The notes under the pieces are model-generated. The model saw nothing but the letters and a program-made list of their open reading frames with translations. It was not told where the DNA came from and did not search any database. Shown here piece by piece: positions 1 through 7,087 of a stretch of 29,455 nucleotides of DNA (position 1 is its first letter; the number at the start of each line of letters is the position of its first letter). A program made the translations under genes and the position numbers. Location: positions 1 to 29,455 of the forward strand of contig JBDKRC010000286.1 in NCBI GenBank assembly GCA_039683575.1. The letters are read 5' to 3'. The DNA comes from Armatimonadia bacterium (lineage in GTDB: Bacteria > Armatimonadota > Zipacnadia > Zipacnadales > UBA11051).

Positions 1-91
1 GACGGCGAAGCAGATGATTCTGGGGGATGTAAGAGGCGCCGACAACGTCGTCGTAGAGCGAGGGCGCATGGGGCTGAGACTTGTGCTGCAA
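1..91 (-). CDS. Transposase N-terminus (DUF772 / IS1182-IS5-like), 3'-truncated by the window edge
   Basis: GAGGTG RBS, then TTG at 91. Manual translation MQHKSQPHAPSLYDDVVGASYIPQNHLLRR. The 'IPxxHLLR' segment matches the P-x-x-H-x-L-R motif of DUF772 transposase N-termini. Not in the ORF track. Confidence 0.65.
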   Translation of the reverse strand, partial: MQHKSQPHAPSLYDDVVGASYIPQNHLLRR

Positions 92-159
92 GCAGATCAC
101 CTCAACCAAGGATTCCCTTGAGACAAAACGATACCTGCTTGCTGTTTTTCAGCGGCTAC
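1..159 (-). mobile_element. Left end of a probable IS1182/IS5-like insertion sequence (continues beyond the window)
   Basis: The minus strand reads GTAGCCGCTGAAAAAC from 159, resembling the GCTGCTGAAAAA-type termini of IS5/IS1182-like elements. It starts exactly where the prepilin ORF breaks off and precedes a transposase-like ORF. The right end and target duplication are not in the window. Confidence 0.6.
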
Positions 160-215
160 ATGATCGCGATGACAACCAACAACTCGATGAGGGTGAAACC
201 GTGCCGTTTGAACAT
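156..215 (-). pseudogene. Interrupted prepilin-type N-terminal cleavage/methylation protein (DUF1559-like), 5' fragment
   Basis: AGGAGG at 230-225 and ATG at 215. Translation MFKRHGFTLIELLVVIAIM* carries the class III signal G|FTLIE and stops (TAG 158-156) in the middle of the hydrophobic helix, at the IS-like end. Confidence 0.8.
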
Positions 216-260
216 GCCTTTACGCCTCCTTGTGTGGTTGTAGACGATTGCTACACTGCA

Positions 261-289
261 AAGTTACGCACAGGCGAGGGCGTTGTCAA
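261..289 (-). promoter_or_regulatory. Sigma70-type promoter of the prepilin-type gene
   Basis: Minus strand TTGACA (289-284), 17-nt spacer, TAACTT (266-261), in an AT-rich intergenic patch. Confidence 0.6.
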
Positions 290-327
290 CATATTCTTCT
301 GAATATGGTATCTGTTAGATAATCACA

Positions 328-1329
328 TTACCCATTTTCGGGGGATTTCACCGGGGACCAACCGTGGAAAAGCCAGAGGTAGAGTGCGATTCCGGACAGG
401 GCACCGAAGGCAAGCCTGATTTGGTCGCTATGGAAGGGGCCTGTGGACAGGGGGCTGAGCAGGCCCTCTACCAGGCCGGCGAAGATGAACATGGGGATGG
501 TGCCAAGTGCGAGCTGGCCGGCCTGGCGGGCGGCGACCATGAGCGCATCGCGGCGGAGATAGTCTCCAGGGTTGATTAGTGCGTATCCGAGGCGCAGGCC
601 GGCGGCGGCGGCGATGACTACGGCGGAGATCTCCACGACGCCGTGGGGGGCCACTATGGAGAGCATTACGAGCAGCTTTCCGTGATGGGCGCCCAGACCG
701 AGGGCCGCGCCGAGGTGAAGGGCATTGCGTGCGAGGACAAAAAGGGTCCCGACACCCCAGCCAATGCCCAGGGCAAAGCATAACAAGGCTACTTGAATAT
801 TGTTTGTCATCAGAAAGCCCGAGAAGCCGCCATGCCCCATGCTCCTGGCGGTATCGGCGAAGTATTCCCCGGCCGGCTTGTTTGACTGCAGGAACGTCCC
901 CATGGCCTCTTTGAGGCCCGCACCGCCGATGATGGTAGCCCAGTCGGTGTTTTGGGCGGTGGCGACATAGCCGATCGTGCCGCCCGCGATAAGCACCCCG
1001 AGGGCGAAGAGCCAGTATGGCAGACATTCCCGGAAGGTTGCGGGGACGGTGGCGCCGAAGAATTCGAGGAGTTGCAGCTTTCGCCCGGCGCGGCGGGCGT
1101 AGAGACGATTGTGGGCGCGCCCGACGAGTTGGTTGAGGTACTGCACGAGGTCTTCGCGGCGGCGAGCGCGGGCGAGGGAGAGATCGCTGGAAGCCACGCG
1201 GTAAAGGCGGCTTAGCTCGCGCAGCTCTTCGGGCGACAGCGAGCGCAGGCCGCCCTCGTAGTCGCACTTTTCGAGCAACTCAGTCAGCCGGTCCCAGTCC
1301 GGTTGTTTATCCTGTGTCAGAAAGCTCAT
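328..1329 (-). CDS. Stage II sporulation protein M-like (DUF95) membrane protein
   Basis: N-terminal 'W.RL..LL...EL.RLYR..S.DL...R' helices, 'MTNNIQVA', 'PHGVVEI' and 'AGLVEG' motifs, several TM segments. Start at ATG 1329 (GGGGGAAGG upstream) rather than 1377. Confidence 0.85.
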   Translation of the reverse strand: MSFLTQDKQPDWDRLTELLEKCDYEGGLRSLSPEELRELSRLYRVASSDLSLARARRREDLVQYLNQLVGRAHNRLYARRAGRKLQLLEFFGATVPATFRECLPYWLFALGVLIAGGTIGYVATAQNTDWATIIGGAGLKEAMGTFLQSNKPAGEYFADTARSMGHGGFSGFLMTNNIQVALLCFALGIGWGVGTLFVLARNALHLGAALGLGAHHGKLLVMLSIVAPHGVVEISAVVIAAAAGLRLGYALINPGDYLRRDALMVAARQAGQLALGTIPMFIFAGLVEGLLSPLSTGPFHSDQIRLAFGALSGIALYLWLFHGWSPVKSPENG

Positions 1330-1338
1330 CCTTCCCCC

Positions 1339-2118
1339 ATGACCGACGATCATGTGCTGATAGAGACGCCGGAGCACATTGAGGTTGACTACGAACTGGC
1401 AGGGCTTGGTTCGCGCGCGCTGGCCGGGATACTGGATACGGTCATCCAGGGGCTGCTCACGGCCCTGGTCGTGGCTGGGCTCGGGTGGCTGGGCGACAGG
1501 TACAATATCGAGGCCGCGTTGGGCATAATGTACGCGGTCATCATAGCCACCATGGGATTCCTCGCCGCCACTGCGTACTTTGTAGTGAGCGAGATGCTGA
1601 TGGACGGGCAGAGCCCGGGCAAGCGCATGGCGGGCCTGCGGGTAGTCCGGGACGACGGGAGCCCCATCACTTTCCTTGATTCAGCGCTCCGTAATATCAT
1701 TCGCGTTGTAGACATGCTCCCCTTCTTCTACAGTGTCGGGCTGATCGCCATGTTCTTCTCCAAACACGCCAAGCGCCTGGGAGACATGGCGGCAGGGACG
1801 ATCGTGGTGAAGGAGCGGCTGTTCGAACCGCCGGGGCAGGTGACAGAGGAGGGGGAGAGGGCAGAGGTAGTCGGGGCACCGCTGGAACTGATGGCCCGGC
1901 TGCGGACGGTGATGCATATGCTTGGCCCGGAGGACTACCAGACGGCTGAACGCTTTCTGGAGCGGCGGTACGAGCTGGAGAGGGAGACGCGCGAGCGGCT
2001 GGGGCGGCAGATGGCGGAGGGCCTGCTGGCGCGTGCGGGGCTGGCGCCTGAGGAGCAATATCCTCCCGAGGTGGTGCTGGAGGCGCTGGTGGAGCTCCAA
2101 CGAGGCAGGCCGCTGTAG
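1339..2118 (+). CDS. RDD family membrane protein
   Basis: 'IETPE...YELAG.GSR..A..LD', 'GQSPGKR..GLRVV', 'RN..R..D' and 'KRLGD.AAGTIVV' motifs. Likely start ATG 1339. Confidence 0.9.
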   Translation: MTDDHVLIETPEHIEVDYELAGLGSRALAGILDTVIQGLLTALVVAGLGWLGDRYNIEAALGIMYAVIIATMGFLAATAYFVVSEMLMDGQSPGKRMAGLRVVRDDGSPITFLDSALRNIIRVVDMLPFFYSVGLIAMFFSKHAKRLGDMAAGTIVVKERLFEPPGQVTEEGERAEVVGAPLELMARLRTVMHMLGPEDYQTAERFLERRYELERETRERLGRQMAEGLLARAGLAPEEQYPPEVVLEALVELQRGRPL

Positions 2119-2139
2119 AGACGGAGTACCGCGAAAGAT

Positions 2140-2176
2140 ACGGGGACAGGCTGGATGGCCTGTCCCCGTTTCGTTT
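2140..2176. terminator. Hairpin between convergent genes (probable intrinsic terminator, REP-like)
   Basis: ACGGGGACAGGC-tggatg-GCCTGTCCCCGT, a perfect 12-bp stem followed by TTCGTTT. Confidence 0.7.
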
Positions 2177-2228
2177 GCTTACATGTGATAGCCGGGCTCG
2201 GAAGAGCCCTTCTACCATATCCTGACGA

Positions 2229-3731
2229 CTAGCCCTCGAAGCCTTCTGACTCCTGCCGGGCTACGCCAAGACGCTGCAGCGCGCGCTCTGCGGAGTTCGA
2301 TACCTGCGGCGAGGGGTCGCTCAGGGCGCGCACCAGGACCCGCTGGGAGGCTTTGTCGTGGAGCTTGCCGAGGGCCACTACGGCGGCCCAGCGGACGTCG
2401 GGATCCGGGTCGGCAGTCTCATCGAGCATGGCCGAAAGCGACTGCACGATGCTCGTGGCAACTTCCGGCGCAAGCGGGGCCTGCTTGGCCTCCTTGGCGG
2501 GAGCAGCGATGCGCCCCAACTGAATGGCGGCGTCGCGCCGGACGCTGGCATCGCGATCGAGAGTGGCCTGATTGAGCGCGGGTACAACCGCAGGACTTCC
2601 AACCCAGCCCAGGGCCTCGACCGCAAAGCGACGGACTTCAGGAACCTTGTCGGTTGTCGCGGCCGAAGCGATCTGCGGGACCACGGGGGCAGCTGGGACA
2701 GTAATCAGTGCGGCGGCGGCGCGGCGGCGGACGTAGGCATCGGGATCCTTGAGCGCGGCAGCCAGCGGAGCGGCGGCTGAGGCCTCACCAAGGTAGCCCA
2801 AGCCCTGGGCGGCGGTTTCGCGCGTGGCGGGGTAGGGATCATTCTTGAGCGCCCAGAGCAGGGGCTGCAGGCCGGTGAGATTGGCTTTGCGGTCGCCCAT
2901 GATCTGGCGGTGGGTGGTCTGGGCCTGGCGCGCGAAAATGTCGATGCTGGGGTTGTAGCCAGCGCAGATGAGGCCTATGCACATGGCGGCAGCGTGGCGC
3001 TGCGGGCCCAACTTGCTCTCGTAAAGCGTCTTGATGAGGAAGGGCAGGGCGGGAGCGCCCTGCGCGTGGAGGGTCAGCGCGGCCTTGGCGCTGGCATCAT
3101 TGTCAGGCTGGCCCAGCAGCATAACCAACTGCTCGTTTCCGGCCTTGCCGGAGGCGGCGAGCATCTGCGTGAGGCTGATAATGGCCATGGAGCGCAGGCC
3201 GGGGTCGGGGTCTTTGGCATACTGGCGCAGGGTCTGCTCAACGACGCCACCGGGAGGGAACTTGGCCAGGGCCAGCAGCGCAGCCTTGCGGACGTCGGGA
3301 CTGCGATCAGTCTTGGAGATCGCGATGATTGGCTCGGGCTCCAGGTCTTCCACGCCCTGCAGGATGCCGACGGCACCGGCGCGGACTTGTTCACGACGGT
3401 CGGTGCGGGCGAGGGTCATGACGTAGTCAACCATCGGCTTGCGCAACTGCGCGTCGCGCTGGGTGACTACCATCTTCTGTAGTTCCTCGAGGCCCTTCTG
3501 AACACCGTGGCTATCCTCGGAGGAGATCATGCTCTTGATCTGCGCAAGGGTGACCTTGGGCGCCTCTTCCTTCTTCTTCTCTTTTTCCTTCGCCTGCTCC
3601 TCAGCCTTGGCTTCAGCCTCTTTGTCATGTCCAGCAGTGGACGGAGGCGGGGCGGGAGCGAGCAGAATAGTGAGCCCGACCAGAAGAATGAGGGCGCCGG
3701 CAATCAACAGCGTCCCGGTCTTGATCTTCAT
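2229..3731 (-). CDS. HEAT/PBS-lyase repeat protein with N-terminal signal or membrane anchor
   Basis: Many 'D.d..VR..A..ALG' repeats. MKIK followed by a hydrophobic helix and a K/E-rich linker. AAGGGAGGA RBS precedes ATG 3731. Confidence 0.85.
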   Translation of the reverse strand: MKIKTGTLLIAGALILLVGLTILLAPAPPPSTAGHDKEAEAKAEEQAKEKEKKKEEAPKVTLAQIKSMISSEDSHGVQKGLEELQKMVVTQRDAQLRKPMVDYVMTLARTDRREQVRAGAVGILQGVEDLEPEPIIAISKTDRSPDVRKAALLALAKFPPGGVVEQTLRQYAKDPDPGLRSMAIISLTQMLAASGKAGNEQLVMLLGQPDNDASAKAALTLHAQGAPALPFLIKTLYESKLGPQRHAAAMCIGLICAGYNPSIDIFARQAQTTHRQIMGDRKANLTGLQPLLWALKNDPYPATRETAAQGLGYLGEASAAAPLAAALKDPDAYVRRRAAAALITVPAAPVVPQIASAATTDKVPEVRRFAVEALGWVGSPAVVPALNQATLDRDASVRRDAAIQLGRIAAPAKEAKQAPLAPEVATSIVQSLSAMLDETADPDPDVRWAAVVALGKLHDKASQRVLVRALSDPSPQVSNSAERALQRLGVARQESEGFEG

Positions 3732-3774
3732 GACAGATGCGTCCTCCCTTGCCATAGCGCGCAAACGCGGCAGG

Positions 3775-3796
3775 AAAAGCGGGGCCAAGGCCCCGC
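3775..3796 (-). terminator. Intrinsic terminator-like hairpin just upstream of the HEAT gene RBS
   Basis: Minus strand GCGGGGC-CTTG-GCCCCGC-TTTT. Confidence 0.55.
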
Positions 3797-3913
3797 CGTT
3801 TTGTGATGCCTGAGGGGAAGATGGCGCGCCAGGCGCAGTGCCACTCTCCACACAGGGGTACAACGTTCGTCGCGGGGGAGTGGGTTCCCCACGGGCGCGA
3901 TAATCGCAATCGC

Positions 3914-3938
3914 GTGGGTCGGTTCGTCTCGAACCGAC
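3914..3938. repeat. REP-like palindrome, family A copy 1
   Basis: GTCGGTTCG-TCT-CGAACCGAC. The reverse complement of 3914-3935 matches 9722-9743 at 21 of 22 nt. Confidence 0.7.
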
Positions 3939-3983
3939 ACCTGGTTTGGTGGGTGTGGGACGCACCGACCGACGCAGAAGGGG

Positions 3984-5288
3984 TTAGCGCAGGTTATGCA
4001 GCAGCCGCAGCCCGCACTCCACGATCATCTGCTCGCTCTCCGGCCGTAGCATCGTGTCGCCGTAGAAGCGGATGGCGTGGGTGACCTCGTAGCCCCCTTC
4101 GCCGAAGGCGGCCGCAGTGGGGACGTAGCCGACGTTGCCGTTGGTGTACGCCATGGTGGCTGTTTCTTTGTAGCCAGGAGCGCGGTCCATGTTGAGGGCG
4201 TACTCGACGAAGACTTCGCCGGGCAGGCCGACCAAGCCGAAATCGCCGATACGCATAGCCTGAACCTCGAAACTGCGTGTCAGGCCCGTAGCGCCGGCTT
4301 TGGCCAGTTCGAGGATGCGTTCGGCCCACTCGATGTCCCCGGCATCCATCATGGCGATGCCACGATTCGGGTTTTCGCGGGCGGCGGCGGTTTCTCGGAT
4401 GGAGGCAAGCTGCGCCTCCGCTTCTTCAATCGTCGGCGGGTCGAAGCATGGCAGTTGCAGCACCTCGGAGGCGCAACCGAGGGTGAGTTCGGCTTCTTTC
4501 AGGCAGTATTCCGCTGCCTTGGCGACCGCGCCCGCCATTACCCGGCCCTGGGCCTCGGCTATCTCATAGGTTCCGCGGGGATCGCTGTTGATATTGCCAC
4601 AGCAGCCCTGGCCGAACATAGCAACGCAGCCCTCGCCATAGATGGCTTCCACGGCGCGGCGGGCGTAGCCTGGCCAGTCGGCGGTGATATCGAGCCCTGA
4701 GAGGGTCACGGCGTGAGCGGCGTGGACGAAGTAGCGGGCGATGGGCTTGCCCTCCATGGTGTCCACGGAGATGACGTCGGCCCAGGGAGCCGTTACACCG
4801 GCGTCGTTGCGACCGATGATCGTCTGGCCGGCCTTCACGGTGCGGCGGTTGATGCCGACGGCGACAGGTTCGCGCAGATAGCCAAGGGCAGCCGGCCGGC
4901 GCTGATCGAAGGCCATCTTGCCCAGGCCGATGAGTTTGCGCTTGAGGACCGCAAAGTACTCCTGGTCTACCTTCCCGAGCGACCTGATGCAGGGGGTAGC
5001 CGGGCCGGAGTGGGTATGGCTGCAGCCAATCATGATGTTCCCGGCTGGAATGGCGGTGAGGGCGCTGATCTCCTGGCGGATCTCAGCGACGGAAGCGTCG
5101 TCGATGCCGATCAGGTCGCAGGTCATGATCAGGAGGGGCAGGTTGCTTTCGAGGTACAGTGCACCGGCGTAGAGATCGTCGTGCAGAGCGACGGAGGCGC
5201 CTTCGCGGGCTCCGAAGCCGCAGAGATCTACTCCTACGGGTGGGGTGATGACGACGCTGGCGGCACCGGCTTTGAGTTGGGTAGGCAT
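3984..5288 (-). CDS. Neutral/alkaline ceramidase-family hydrolase (substrate unknown)
   Basis: 'ITPP.G..L.G..R', 'HDDLYA', 'SHTHSGP', 'ADWPG', 'QGCCGNI', 'PGEVF' and 'GYVPT....GGYE' motifs. Confidence 0.8.
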   Translation of the reverse strand: MPTQLKAGAASVVITPPVGVDLCGFGAREGASVALHDDLYAGALYLESNLPLLIMTCDLIGIDDASVAEIRQEISALTAIPAGNIMIGCSHTHSGPATPCIRSLGKVDQEYFAVLKRKLIGLGKMAFDQRRPAALGYLREPVAVGINRRTVKAGQTIIGRNDAGVTAPWADVISVDTMEGKPIARYFVHAAHAVTLSGLDITADWPGYARRAVEAIYGEGCVAMFGQGCCGNINSDPRGTYEIAEAQGRVMAGAVAKAAEYCLKEAELTLGCASEVLQLPCFDPPTIEEAEAQLASIRETAAARENPNRGIAMMDAGDIEWAERILELAKAGATGLTRSFEVQAMRIGDFGLVGLPGEVFVEYALNMDRAPGYKETATMAYTNGNVGYVPTAAAFGEGGYEVTHAIRFYGDTMLRPESEQMIVECGLRLLHNLR

Positions 5289-5328
5289 AGCTTGGATCCT
5301 TGTAGAGTTGTAGCGTGATACAGACGGC

Positions 5329-5374
5329 GACGGGGCCGGATGCCGACGGCGAGACTGCCAGCATTCGGCCCGTC
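5329..5374. repeat. Long intergenic hairpin, REP-like family B copy 1
   Basis: GACGGGGCCGGATGC...GCATTCGGCCCGTC. GGGCCGGATGC (5333-5343) recurs inverted at 21163-21173. Confidence 0.5.
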
Positions 5375-5403
5375 CGTAGAGACGACCGTGAGAGAGCTGC
5401 GGG

Positions 5404-7065
5404 CTACCCTGAGAGGAGCACCCCGACGCCGACGAGGACGCCGAAGGCGGCCAGGACTGTCAGGACGATGCTACCCCAGAATTGGTAGGCCCAGTTGTGG
5501 CAGGTGTGAATGGTGCCATCTGGCAGTTGCACCCGCCAAAGCTCGAGATATGGGGACGGATAGCGGCGATACCAGCCTTGGGCGACGACATTCTGGCCCA
5601 CGAACGAGTCGGCCCTGAACAGGCCGAAGAGGAACTCGAAGATCCTCAGGGGCTGGCGGTAGTCCATGACCATGAAGCCGGTCTCGTCCTGTACGACGAG
5701 GTCCTCGCTCCAGTACAGACCGGGGATGCCACGGCCGATGATGCGACCGCGGAGGGTAGCCGGGTGACAGCGAATGTTGGAGACCTTGACCTCGCCGACG
5801 AGGTCGGCGACGTTGCTTGATTCAAAGCGATTCTTGGGGTAGGCAAACAGCATCCGAACGATGTTGCCCAGCGCAGCGCCGCCCACGGCGAGAGCGACGG
5901 TGAGCACGGCCGCTTGCCCGGTGACTCCGGCCATCGCCAAGCCTGTAACCGCACCGGCGATCAGGCCCAGCAGCGGCAGGTACTGGAAGAAGACGTCGGT
6001 TGCGAAATCATCCCAGTAGCTCTCGGAGGGGCGGGGAGGCAGGTCGTAGAGCGGTCGCTCGCCCATCAGGTGTGAAAGGCCCTGCAGGTGCCGGATGCGC
6101 CTGGCCGGCAGCGGGTGTGAGGACGAAAGCTCAGCGATCATCGCCCAGGGGTTCCAGATGTCCCATTTCATGGCGTTGATCGTGGTAGCGCTATCGTACG
6201 TATGTGTTGAGGCGCTGTAGCTGGCCGCGGACGAGAGAGCCATGGAGTTGCCAAACCTGGGGTCGAAGATGCCCATCATCTTGCTGCCCCCGGAGGCGAC
6301 GAGCGAGACGGCGCCCCGCCCCTGCTGCTGGGCAGCGGCGGGTTCGGCGCGGGCGAGGCCGTAGGCGATCTTGACCAGCGAGGAGGCGAGCAGGTTCGGG
6401 CTGCCGGTGACGACGCAAGAGAACTGGTCGGCGTAATACTCGCGGGTGCGGGAGAGGAAGAGCACAATGTACTGGCTGATGATGTAGGCGACGAAGGCGG
6501 TGACGGCCACGGCCATGACAGGCGCGCCTGCCTTGCGCACCTTGCCACCCCACTGGAATCCGAAGCGGTAGATGACGTAGAGGACCAGGGGCACGGTGGC
6601 GGCGACGGTCATCACCACAAAGTCCCAGTGCTTGATGTGGCCCAGTTCATGGGCCATGACCGCCCCTACCTCGTCTTCGTTGAGCATGTCGAGCAGGCCG
6701 CGGGTGACCACAAGGCGCGCATCGCCGGGGTAGTGGCCAAAGGTGAAGGCATTGGGATTGCCGTCCTCGATCACGCCGAACCGCGGGACGGGAAGGTTCT
6801 TATGGAGGCACATGTCGCGCAGGCGCTGAGCAATCGAGCCGCCGAGTTGCTCCGGCTCGATCCAGTTGATGCGCAGCATCCATTGGAGGATGTACGGCGA
6901 GATGGCGAACTGGAGCAGAGATATCGCGATAGTGCCGCCCAGCCCGATCCAGAGGGCCGTGTTTGACGGGAGATCCATCGCCACAAGCGCGGCCATCAGG
7001 ATGGCAAACAGCAGGCCAAACAGCGCGCCGAGCACCATGAACGACCGGAAGGCCAGATGTAGCAT
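5404..7065 (-). CDS. htpX: HtpX-like M48 zinc metalloprotease with C-terminal extension
   Basis: 'PNAFTFG', HELGH (HExxH), 'SRTREYYAD', 'SSHP...RI' and TM helices. About 190 extra C-terminal residues with additional TM segments and a beta-rich domain. Confidence 0.85.
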   Translation of the reverse strand: MLHLAFRSFMVLGALFGLLFAILMAALVAMDLPSNTALWIGLGGTIAISLLQFAISPYILQWMLRINWIEPEQLGGSIAQRLRDMCLHKNLPVPRFGVIEDGNPNAFTFGHYPGDARLVVTRGLLDMLNEDEVGAVMAHELGHIKHWDFVVMTVAATVPLVLYVIYRFGFQWGGKVRKAGAPVMAVAVTAFVAYIISQYIVLFLSRTREYYADQFSCVVTGSPNLLASSLVKIAYGLARAEPAAAQQQGRGAVSLVASGGSKMMGIFDPRFGNSMALSSAASYSASTHTYDSATTINAMKWDIWNPWAMIAELSSSHPLPARRIRHLQGLSHLMGERPLYDLPPRPSESYWDDFATDVFFQYLPLLGLIAGAVTGLAMAGVTGQAAVLTVALAVGGAALGNIVRMLFAYPKNRFESSNVADLVGEVKVSNIRCHPATLRGRIIGRGIPGLYWSEDLVVQDETGFMVMDYRQPLRIFEFLFGLFRADSFVGQNVVAQGWYRRYPSPYLELWRVQLPDGTIHTCHNWAYQFWGSIVLTVLAAFGVLVGVGVLLSG

Positions 7066-7087
7066 CTTTGCGACCCCCTATGGCGGA

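Noticed and set aside
81-302. 73-aa plus-strand ORF in the track
   Set aside because: It is antisense to the prepilin fragment, its promoter and the IS end, which have clear motifs and RBSs.
428-1267. Long alternative-frame and antisense ORFs (also 7463-8227, 12538-13389, 19577-20482, 27432-28199)
   Set aside because: They are shadow ORFs expected in high-GC coding DNA. They overlap well-supported genes and have no family motifs.
3803-3855. Minus strand GGAGAG...CTCAGGCA recalls a glycine riboswitch
   Set aside because: It lacks the conserved CCGAAG/GCAA core and a second aptamer, and the downstream gene is unrelated to glycine metabolism.
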